From the IMG/VR virus record IMGVR_UViG_3300027770_000025, positions 186,001-250,000 of that record: a stretch of 64,000 nt of DNA; one strand, written 5' to 3'. The position numbers were made by a program, and so were the translations under genes. The notes under the pieces were generated by a model. It made no database searches. It was not told the origin of the DNA and saw only the letters and a list, made by a program, of their open reading frames with translations. Positions 1 through 7,965 of the stretch are shown here, in pieces (within the stretch, counting starts at the first letter, position 1; every line of letters starts with the position of its first letter).

Positions 1-311
1 AATAATTCTTCTCCTGATTCTTCTGATGATCCTTCACCTTCAATTTCGTTTCTGATCCAATCAGCAACTTCTTGAATATCGTCTTTAGATGTAGCAATAT
101 GATCAGCAGCCCAATCGTGACCATTCTTAAGATGATTATCGACTTCTTCTGGATCCATTTTAAGAATCTCTTCTATGTAATGTTTAATGGAAGTTAAGTT
201 CGCAAAAAACATGTAATGCTGTTTCTCCTGACCTCCATCCATGTGGTTGTCGTCTTCCACTATTTCCGTAGCTTTTTTCTTGAAGTCGTCAAATGATACT
301 ATTCTTTCCAT
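1..311 (-). CDS. Hypothetical acidic protein, truncated at window edge (MERIVSFDDFKKK...)
   Basis: Translated by hand from ATG at 311; frame stays open to base 1; GATATATA motif at 334-341 upstream. Confidence 0.75.
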   Translation of the reverse strand, partial: MERIVSFDDFKKKATEIVEDDNHMDGGQEKQHYMFFANLTSIKHYIEEILKMDPEEVDNHLKNGHDWAADHIATSKDDIQEVADWIRNEIEGEGSSEESGEEL

Positions 312-349
312 TTTTTAAATTTTTATGTTTATGTATATATCTATCTTCA

Positions 350-940
350 CTATCTAATTATGTAATCTGTGTATTTAGGCTTTGCCGGTGTTTCGTTTGG
401 AAAATAATACTTTATTGTCTTTTTAGACTTTTCTAGGTATATCGTTTTATAAAATCCGCTAGGAACGGTGGCTCCCGTTGGGAGTTTAATTGATTTCTTA
501 TCAAAAACTAGCGTTATAGTAACTGTTACTTTCTCTCTTTTAGCTAATTCCCTCTCATATTCCTCTAGCATTCTCCAAACCCCTCTGTTTAAATATTGGT
601 TTTGTAAAGCGCAGTTTAAATAACTAAATGTTTGGTGCAAAAGCTCCTTAGTGCAATTGAAATCAGCTGCAGGTGCTAAATGCCCTTTATCATAAATATT
701 CTTTACGTAATCTTCATTATCTGATGTTTTGATCGAGTCATTGGTATAAAAATCCATGCCTGCTCTAGAAGCCGTCCCATTTGGACACTGTACGATATAT
801 TGTATCCAGGTGGGCTGTTCTAATTTTTCGCTGTATACCACTTCATATATTGGGGTTTTTACCTTAACCTCTTCTCTAAATTTCTGCCCAAATACTAAGG
901 TCGGTAATAATAGTATTAATATTAATTTTTTCATTAACAA
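350..940 (-). CDS. DNA/RNA non-specific endonuclease (NucA/Serratia beta-beta-alpha-Me family) with signal peptide
   Basis: YDKGHLAPAADF (DRGH motif), FSYLNCALQNQYLNRGVWRMLE, hydrophobic N-terminus. Confidence 0.9.
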   Translation of the reverse strand: MLMKKLILILLLPTLVFGQKFREEVKVKTPIYEVVYSEKLEQPTWIQYIVQCPNGTASRAGMDFYTNDSIKTSDNEDYVKNIYDKGHLAPAADFNCTKELLHQTFSYLNCALQNQYLNRGVWRMLEEYERELAKREKVTVTITLVFDKKSIKLPTGATVPSGFYKTIYLEKSKKTIKYYFPNETPAKPKYTDYIIR

Positions 941-971
941 TTTTTACTACTATTTATCAAAATATCTGAAT

Positions 972-3323
972 TTATTTAGTCCAGCTCCTAGCCTCTATAG
1001 CATCCATTACCTGCTTTGCCGATATTCTCTTGGTGCATTCAAATTGTCTAGATGTTCCTTTATGCTCTGGACACCAGAACCAATCCCCGGGATCAAATGG
1101 GAATTTTTCGGGTGAGTTAAAACAGGAATTACAAACGTCTTCCTTGTGGACCCTAATACAATCCTCATCAAACTCATTATCCTTCTTGGTTACCCCTGAT
1201 ATCACGACAACTTTTTTCCCTAGTGCATGTGCCACCCAAGATAATCCACTGGAAAGCCCTACGAAGAATTCGCAATGCTCTATCCAGTGCATCATTTCTG
1301 TAAGCTCCATGCCTGTCTTATTCATGCAGTTCTTAGGGATCTCGTTCCAATTTCCTTCTGTACCAAAGCTATAATATCGATCTATACAAACTGGGGTTAG
1401 TCCCTTCTTAGTAAGAAGGTCACATAATTTTTCCCAAGAATTGTTATTGTTCCAATGCTTAGCCTGAGCCGTACTATGGCTGGAGAAGCAAACATACTTC
1501 TTATTTAAAGGAGAAGGTTTACCAGATGTCTTTAACTGTGGTCTAACTTTGCCCATATCGGCTAATCCTAGCTGTTTAGCGAAGCCTATTTGTAAAGGTA
1601 AGTCATAGATATAGTCACAGCATATAATGTCTGTATAAGCGCTTAAATCGCCTGGCATTTGTATCAGATTCACATTGGGATATAGATCTTGATACAGAAA
1701 CCCAAAATTACCAACAACATCGCATTCAATCCCATGTCTTTTAGCGTACTCGTCTGCATACGGCATGAACGATATGGTATCACCCAATGCAGCTGTTTTT
1801 AAAATTATAAGCGGATTATGGGATTTAACGTGATTGGGGCTAAAGTAAGATATTATCTGATCCGTGTTTAGCACTCTATAAAATCCAGACTCGTCATCAC
1901 CATTATATTTAAAATGTGGTACATAAATGTCTTCAAGGTATTTTGATTTTTCAGATATTGAAGGAATACACTTAGTCGAAGACACAAAGTCCTTGACTAT
2001 GTCCTTGATATCGTTTCTTCTTATAGTTCCGTCCTCTATTAACACGTGTTGATCTGTTAGATCCATCTTAATTGTTTTTAGAACTTCCACACCATCCTTT
2101 ATAAAGATCTCCCAGTCAATATACTCGTTTTTATCATCAGGAATTGTTGACCAAGCTCTTCCGTTTTTTGCGGTATTTAAAAATGATTTAATCGATCCAG
2201 TTCTGCCATCCCTAAAAAATATTGATTGTCCTACAGCTTCCGGATATGAGCATTTATAAAAATGAGGATGTCTTTTAAACCACGAGTAAAATCCATGATC
2301 TTCTCTCTTTTCTATTCTTTTAGGAATTGTCCGATAATCATTAAGTATAAGATCCTTTTGCGATATCTTACCGAATGATGCATAGTCCATGAGCATTCGT
2401 GAAACGATAACCTCCCATGATATTAAACTTCTTTCCTCTTTACATTCAAGAACATACTGTGAATATCTTTTCATCACATCAGAAACACCATCAACTAGAT
2501 CTACTGTGTTTGCGGTATCTATTCTTTTCATCCCCTTTAAATCAGCTTCCATTAAACCGACAACAGGGATACCCATTGCTATGCTTTCAGTAACTGTTAG
2601 ATTGGGATGCCCGGCCTCAATAGAACCTGGGTTTAAAAAGATGTGGTGCTTTCTCATTTCTGAAAGCGAATCCTCATAATTCAAATCATATATTAAATTA
2701 AGTTTTCTGTATGATGCTACCACATTATTCTTCTCAAAAAACTCCTTGTTGTTTTTACTTGGACATATTATAGTTATTGGTAGATCCAGTACTGCAGCAC
2801 ACTCTATTCCAGGAATGAATCCCTTTCTATCGAATAATGGATCTCCTAAAAGACCGTTGTTTGCCATCATTATTAAACTTGGTCCTTTTTCGATAAGGTC
2901 TTTTGATCTATCCTCGAAATAGTAATCTTCTAAATTAGCTCCGTGGCTGAGATATCTTAGCTGTGGTAAAGAATCGAAATAATCGACAAGATATTTAGCA
3001 TGAACAAAAGATAGAACAGATCCCTTTATAGCTTCCAGATTTTGTTTATAAACAGCTGAATCCTTTCCTAAATGATGTGCGTGGTGGTCGTGGTGAGAAA
3101 AGACATAAGGAATGCCTCTCTCTTTTAAAATTAAAGCTAGATTAGCCATGTGTACATGAACGATATCCCATTCACCTACCCTGACGTCATCTGTGTAAAT
3201 TATTTCAACTTCATGGCCAAGACCTCTTAATACCTTTGTGTACTCCCAGATTATTTTTTCTACTGCTCCCCATCCGTTAGGGGGTATCTGAATTACTCCT
3301 GGTGTGATTTGTGCTATTCTCAT
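972..3323 (-). CDS. GT4 glycosyltransferase fused to a C-terminal AAH/TibC (BAHT)-like heptosyltransferase domain
   Basis: N-term IPPNGWGAVEKII and EAGHPNLTVTES; C-term ALGDTISFMPY, FVGLSSGLSWVAHALGK, and Cys cluster CNSC...WFWCPEH...FEC. Confidence 0.8.
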   Translation of the reverse strand: MRIAQITPGVIQIPPNGWGAVEKIIWEYTKVLRGLGHEVEIIYTDDVRVGEWDIVHVHMANLALILKERGIPYVFSHHDHHAHHLGKDSAVYKQNLEAIKGSVLSFVHAKYLVDYFDSLPQLRYLSHGANLEDYYFEDRSKDLIEKGPSLIMMANNGLLGDPLFDRKGFIPGIECAAVLDLPITIICPSKNNKEFFEKNNVVASYRKLNLIYDLNYEDSLSEMRKHHIFLNPGSIEAGHPNLTVTESIAMGIPVVGLMEADLKGMKRIDTANTVDLVDGVSDVMKRYSQYVLECKEERSLISWEVIVSRMLMDYASFGKISQKDLILNDYRTIPKRIEKREDHGFYSWFKRHPHFYKCSYPEAVGQSIFFRDGRTGSIKSFLNTAKNGRAWSTIPDDKNEYIDWEIFIKDGVEVLKTIKMDLTDQHVLIEDGTIRRNDIKDIVKDFVSSTKCIPSISEKSKYLEDIYVPHFKYNGDDESGFYRVLNTDQIISYFSPNHVKSHNPLIILKTAALGDTISFMPYADEYAKRHGIECDVVGNFGFLYQDLYPNVNLIQMPGDLSAYTDIICCDYIYDLPLQIGFAKQLGLADMGKVRPQLKTSGKPSPLNKKYVCFSSHSTAQAKHWNNNNSWEKLCDLLTKKGLTPVCIDRYYSFGTEGNWNEIPKNCMNKTGMELTEMMHWIEHCEFFVGLSSGLSWVAHALGKKVVVISGVTKKDNEFDEDCIRVHKEDVCNSCFNSPEKFPFDPGDWFWCPEHKGTSRQFECTKRISAKQVMDAIEARSWTK

Positions 3324-3326
3324 TTC

Positions 3327-5261
3327 TTAATTTTTTCTTTTTGCAAATATTACTCCGTGATCTGCATTGTTATCAACCTCTTTTTGTATTAATTCATCAT
3401 AAAGCTTAACCGCAAAATCAGCGCTAACTAATTTTTCTATTAACATATTGACCCTTCCGTCGTTATTGTCATGGAATTCTAGAATTATATTTTTAGCTTT
3501 AGCTAGAGATGCAATATCAGTATTACTAAGAAGATCATATTCAGCACCCTCTATATCAATCTTTAGAAGATCAACTGAATCATGATCAGACATCAAAGAG
3601 TTTAGTGTTTGCGATTTAACCAAAACAGTATTATCACCTATAGTTTTAGCAATGCTTGAAACTAGGCTGTTTCCTGGATCTACACTAAGATTAACATCCT
3701 CGCCATCCGAGGTCAAAGCAATCTCACTGAAGATAACATTTGGATTTTCTGAGTGCATTTTTCTGAATTCATTAGCGGCTAGGTGATTTGGTTCTATTGA
3801 GATAACTTTTTCAAACCCTACATCTAAACAATACTCTGTGAATAATCCAACATTAGCACCAACGTCAATAGCAACTTTCTTTTGGAATATGCTATCGGTC
3901 ATAATGTCATATATTCGGTCAGTGAAGAACTCTTCATAGTTTCTAAATATAGGATCTTTCGTATCCAATCTGCAAGTCTTCTTTGTTACGTTCCTAAATC
4001 TTATTATAGATTCTGAGATCACCTCTTCTCCCTGTTTATATTCAATTAAGAATCCACCAAAATTTGCATTATTTTGGAAATCGTAAATGTGGATGGGCAC
4101 TGGGATTATCCAATATGATCCACCTAAACTAAAGTTTATAGTGCAATGAAATATATTAGAACCGCTGTCCACATCCTTAACATAAACATCACAATCGAGT
4201 TCCTTTATGTTTCTTGAATCCCCTATATAAACTATATCAAGTTTATTATCCCATGGAGAAAATTTATGTATAAACATATCGCTTTTATTATTCATAGCTA
4301 ATTCTTTTTTAAGTTCTAATATTTCCCTTATCTGGTTTGCTATCCCTGTTTTATCATCACTTATAAAAAACTTTAGAGTGTTTGATTCCTGATACATGTC
4401 AACGTAGACAGGGAGATTTCTTAGGAGCAATGGGGCTTTCCAAGATATTGCTTCTTTGATAACAAGAGGGCTTGTTTCTTTATCATTAAATAAAGGTATT
4501 GACGGGAATATAACAAGATCCGCTGCCTGATAGAATAGATCTACGTCATCTCTTTCTCCCCATACCTTACAATTGCTGGGAAGATTGCTTGTGATAGGAT
4601 TCCAATACCATTTAAAATTATCAGCCATTGTACCGATGAAATGAAATTCCACTTCTGGTAGTAGCCTTGCAATCTCTGCTGTTTCCCTTTGATTTTTTCT
4701 TGGTGTAAATATACCTATTTGGATTACGTGTTTCTTATTAGGATCCAGCCCTAATTTTGCTCTGCTATCTAAATAATCTCTTACAGGTTTCTTAGCTATC
4801 TCGTGCTCGATAACTTCTATGGGTACTTTAAGATCTCTTAACAGATTAACCTGCCAAGGGCTAACGACCACAAATTTATCGGGAAGGTATATTTTTTCTT
4901 CAGGGGAAACCGATGAATCGTGCATGGTCTCAAATATTTTATATTCTCTGTCGTCGGAGAATATAATATCCAAAAGATGGTGACTTAAGAATTGCTCGCA
5001 TGGTTCTTCGAAATGTATAATATCAGGTTTCATCTCCTTAATCGCCTTGATAAGAATATCCTCAGGCTTTTCCCCCCATGTTATTATTCTCTCCGCACCA
5101 AGTATGGATTCTATTCTTTTCCTGATTGTATTATAGGAAAACTCGTGTCTTTTTTCAAAAACCCAAACTTCAGCTTCGTCTTTGATTTTGTCTATTTTAT
5201 TCTTTAAATATTCCGGCATTCCTCCGGTAGACAGATATGGTACAATATAAAAAACTCTCAA
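3327..5261 (-). CDS. GT4 glycosyltransferase fused to FkbM-family methyltransferase
   Basis: LSTGGMPEYL, IGIFTPRKNQ, FYQAADLVIFPS...PLVIKEAIS; C-term IDVGANVGLF, SIEP, LLKIDIEGAE. Confidence 0.85.
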   Translation of the reverse strand: MRVFYIVPYLSTGGMPEYLKNKIDKIKDEAEVWVFEKRHEFSYNTIRKRIESILGAERIITWGEKPEDILIKAIKEMKPDIIHFEEPCEQFLSHHLLDIIFSDDREYKIFETMHDSSVSPEEKIYLPDKFVVVSPWQVNLLRDLKVPIEVIEHEIAKKPVRDYLDSRAKLGLDPNKKHVIQIGIFTPRKNQRETAEIARLLPEVEFHFIGTMADNFKWYWNPITSNLPSNCKVWGERDDVDLFYQAADLVIFPSIPLFNDKETSPLVIKEAISWKAPLLLRNLPVYVDMYQESNTLKFFISDDKTGIANQIREILELKKELAMNNKSDMFIHKFSPWDNKLDIVYIGDSRNIKELDCDVYVKDVDSGSNIFHCTINFSLGGSYWIIPVPIHIYDFQNNANFGGFLIEYKQGEEVISESIIRFRNVTKKTCRLDTKDPIFRNYEEFFTDRIYDIMTDSIFQKKVAIDVGANVGLFTEYCLDVGFEKVISIEPNHLAANEFRKMHSENPNVIFSEIALTSDGEDVNLSVDPGNSLVSSIAKTIGDNTVLVKSQTLNSLMSDHDSVDLLKIDIEGAEYDLLSNTDIASLAKAKNIILEFHDNNDGRVNMLIEKLVSADFAVKLYDELIQKEVDNNADHGVIFAKRKN

Positions 5262-5314
5262 TGTTTTGTATTTATAGGTTCTATTGTAAAAGTCAAATAA
5301 AATTTCGGGTAAAA

Positions 5315-5337
5315 GTATTAAAGGGGTGCCTTTGTAC
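5315..5337 (+). repeat. Left arm of 23-nt imperfect inverted repeat (GTATTAAAGGGGTGCCTTTGTAC)
   Basis: Matches the reverse complement of 6234-6256 with two single-base indels. Confidence 0.85.
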
Positions 5338-5342
5338 GAAAT

Positions 5343-6155
5343 TTATTGATCTAGAGATTCGCCACAGTTAGGGCAAAATTTCCATGTTTTTTTCTTGGAT
5401 CTTGTTCCACATCCGGTACAATAATCCCTAATCTCAGTAACCTCTACAGGCTTAGCTGATCTCGGAAGAATTTGATACTCCGATGTGTAACCGCAATACC
5501 AGGAGTAACTACCTGAATCTTTTCCGAAGTCCTGATCAGATTTTTCCCCCTTTTCTACTCTACCGGTTTCAAGAGAACCTGCAACCGAGCAGTTAACTAA
5601 TCCAGATAATCTTTTAGAAGAGTAACCAATCGTACCACTCAATGCTGAAGTGTTGCTAGCGTAATAAACATTGTTGGTCGTAGTTCCTCCGAAAATAATA
5701 GGATTCACTGTTCCTGGGTCGTTCGTCCAAGTTTGGTGATAAGGTACATAGGCTGTCCCTGTTGAAAGAGGGCTCCAACTGTAACTCGTGTGTTCCTGAT
5801 AGAACTCAACCTTTACCTTACCGTTGTTTTTGATTGCCTCTTTAGCCTCTTCTGTGTCATCAACATCGTAAGTCGAGAATAAGAATTTCTTCTTCTCTTC
5901 GATGAAACGATCCAAGAAGTATCTCTGCCCGGGTCTAAGTACTAAACCTGAGCTACTGATAATCTTGTCATTGAGATAGATTTTAGCTAAATAGGATGTT
6001 GATGTTGGATTATAGAGCTCGATTTGAAACTCTTGTCCATTGTCTAGATAAACTAGATCTTCCTTTGAGCCGTAGATTTTTTGTCTGTTGTTGGATACGG
6101 CTACCCAAGCTTGTGGTTTTGGGGTACTGTATACCCCGATCGTGTTGTTTTTCAT
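5343..6155 (-). CDS. Hypothetical protein with C-terminal double zinc ribbon
   Basis: 270 aa ORF ending YCTGCG...KFCPNCG. Confidence 0.75.
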   Translation of the reverse strand: MKNNTIGVYSTPKPQAWVAVSNNRQKIYGSKEDLVYLDNGQEFQIELYNPTSTSYLAKIYLNDKIISSSGLVLRPGQRYFLDRFIEEKKKFLFSTYDVDDTEEAKEAIKNNGKVKVEFYQEHTSYSWSPLSTGTAYVPYHQTWTNDPGTVNPIIFGGTTTNNVYYASNTSALSGTIGYSSKRLSGLVNCSVAGSLETGRVEKGEKSDQDFGKDSGSYSWYCGYTSEYQILPRSAKPVEVTEIRDYCTGCGTRSKKKTWKFCPNCGESLDQ

Positions 6156-6233
6156 TTTACCTTTTTCTTTTTTTTAAAATCCCATCGCTGCTATTGCTAA
6201 CAACTCTAAGGCCATTTTGACCCGGGACACTAA

Positions 6234-6256
6234 GTACGAAAGGCACCCTTTAATAC
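6234..6256 (-). repeat. Right arm of 23-nt inverted repeat (minus strand GTATTAAAGGGTGCCTTTCGTAC)
   Basis: Direct comparison with 5315-5337. Confidence 0.85.
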
Positions 6257-6279
6257 ATTCTATATATAATCACTGGTTA

Positions 6280-6741
6280 TTACCAGAAATCTTCTCCCTC
6301 TTGCCCCTTTGAGTATTCATTATAACCACCCAATGAATTATCATAGTCATCATCCTCAAATTCTGCATCGCTAAGGAATTCCCTTTCTGATTCAGAAATT
6401 CTTTCAAACCAATCCCCGTTGTCTTTATACCAAACGGTGTTTATAGCGGGTGTTCCTGCTGTCCACTCTATTTTTGAATCATTCGATAAACCTCCGGGTA
6501 TAATTGAATCTAGATCGTTGACTACTTTTTCTAAATCGTTTTGTAGATCTGTGTCTAGTTCTACATCATCAACGTATATTTCTAAATATTCATTAAAGTT
6601 AGGTTCCATACAATCAATAAAGATATTATATAAAATAATGAAATCTTCTCTTGATTCCATTAGTAATTTAATATCTAATATTTCGCTAGCTTTAAACTTG
6701 TTATTGGTTATTAGCTCTGCATTTAAAATGTAATTCTTCAT
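6280..6741 (-). CDS. Hypothetical acidic protein
   Basis: 153 aa ORF in operon orientation. Confidence 0.65.
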   Translation of the reverse strand: MKNYILNAELITNNKFKASEILDIKLLMESREDFIILYNIFIDCMEPNFNEYLEIYVDDVELDTDLQNDLEKVVNDLDSIIPGGLSNDSKIEWTAGTPAINTVWYKDNGDWFERISESEREFLSDAEFEDDDYDNSLGGYNEYSKGQEGEDFW

Positions 6742-6775
6742 TATTTTTTTAGTTGTATATACCCATAATGCTTCT

Positions 6776-7060
6776 CTATTTTATTTGGCTTCCCCTAACT
6801 TTTATAGTTTCCTCTGTTATCGGTCGAGAATAAAGACTCATTATTTTAGTTCCCTCTACATTAGTAAAAGTAATTCTACTTTTCTCGTTTGGCCTCAGTG
6901 TAATCGTAACATCACCAGGTTCTTCTGAAATGTCACTCCATGCAAAAACAATAGGATTCTCGTTATCAAATTGAAAAACCCATTCGGCATCTTTGAAATT
7001 TTCTGGTAATCCTGCTATTGTAGCGGATTCCCCCTTTAGTTCTATGTTATTATCTTCCAT
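6776..7060 (-). CDS. Hypothetical protein
   Basis: 94 aa ORF starting directly after the RNase HII stop. Confidence 0.6.
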   Translation of the reverse strand: MEDNNIELKGESATIAGLPENFKDAEWVFQFDNENPIVFAWSDISEEPGDVTITLRPNEKSRITFTNVEGTKIMSLYSRPITEETIKVRGSQIK

Positions 7061-7066
7061 GTTATT

Positions 7067-7670
7067 TTATATAAAGTTTTGACAAAATGTTTTTCTGTGA
7101 TGTTTGGATAAACCGATTTCTCTTATTGCTGAGATGTGTTCTGGTGTACCGTACCCAACATTCTTTTCCCATAGATAATGTGAAAATTCTGGGCTGATAG
7201 ATTTCATTAGCCTATCTCTATGAACTTTAGCTAAGATAGATGCTGCAGATATACATTGCACTTTAGAGTCTCCTTTTATCACACACTCATAATCTATTCC
7301 CTTATGTCCAGGAAATCTATCGCCGTCAACATAAAGGAAATCCGGAACTACGCTACAAGAATCAATAGCTCTTTTCATAGCTAAAAATGTTGCCTGTAAA
7401 ATATTGATCTGATCTATTTCCTGTGGCGATGCTGCACCTATTCCCCATGCTATTGCATTTTCTTTTATTAGTGCTTCCACATCTTCTCTTTTTTTTAAGC
7501 TCTTTATGGTTTTACTATCTCTAATTCTAGGATCTAAAAAATCATTGGGTAGAATAACTACTGCGGCAACTACTGGGCCAGAAAGGCATCCTCTTCCTTC
7601 AGCCCACCTCGTCTACACCAGCAATAAATCTTAGCTCGCGTAGAAGAGGCGGATTATTATTTTCTATCAT
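7067..7670 (-). pseudogene. rnhB: Ribonuclease HII interrupted by a 7-nt excess containing TGA at the catalytic DE motif
   Basis: ATG 7670 reads ...IAGVDEVG*; the +1 frame continues EGRGCLSGPVVAAVV...DSK...NILQAT...VDG...KGDSKVQCISAASILAKVHRD...KNVGYGT...HRKTF. Confidence 0.8.
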
Positions 7671-7689
7671 TATTTTTATTATTAATTTA

Positions 7690-7770
7690 TTAAAATCCTC
7701 TTTGACAATATGCCATTGCATTTATCTTTTCTTTTTGCAACCACTGTAAATACTTAAATAATCTTTTCAT
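7690..7770 (-). CDS. Small ORF MKRLFKYLQWLQKEKINAMAYCQRGF (26 aa)
   Basis: Hand translation; ATGA overlap with the upstream gene's stop suggests translational coupling. Confidence 0.5.
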   Translation of the reverse strand: MKRLFKYLQWLQKEKINAMAYCQRGF

Positions 7771-7952
7771 GGACTTTCTATTGGATAATTTTCATATTGA
7801 AATATTAAATCTTTAAGTAATTTGTTTTCTTGAATGACTCCTTCACATTTATTACCTTCTTGAAACACGGTCATACCTATAAAAATTCCAATAACAAACC
7901 CTATAAGTAATCCTAATCCGGCTGCTCTATATTCGGTTCTTCTATCGGACAT
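7767..7952 (-). CDS. Small membrane protein
   Basis: One Gly-rich hydrophobic helix (GLGLLIGFVIGIFIG). Confidence 0.6.
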   Translation of the reverse strand: MSDRRTEYRAAGLGLLIGFVIGIFIGMTVFQEGNKCEGVIQENKLLKDLIFQYENYPIESP

Positions 7953-7965
7953 TTATTCTTAATTT

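Noticed and set aside
6165-6235. Hammerhead ribozyme
   Set aside because: The CUGANGA and GAAA core nucleotides are absent
5315-6256. Retron (a1/a2 repeats) or IS element
   Set aside because: No reverse transcriptase or transposase motifs in or near the cassette, and no target-site duplication seen; kept only as an unexplained inverted repeat
7599-7601. Genome-wide TGA or TAG reassignment
   Set aside because: Readthrough alone would not restore RNase HII because a frameshift is also needed; other genes end cleanly at TGA/TAG and long genes are uninterrupted
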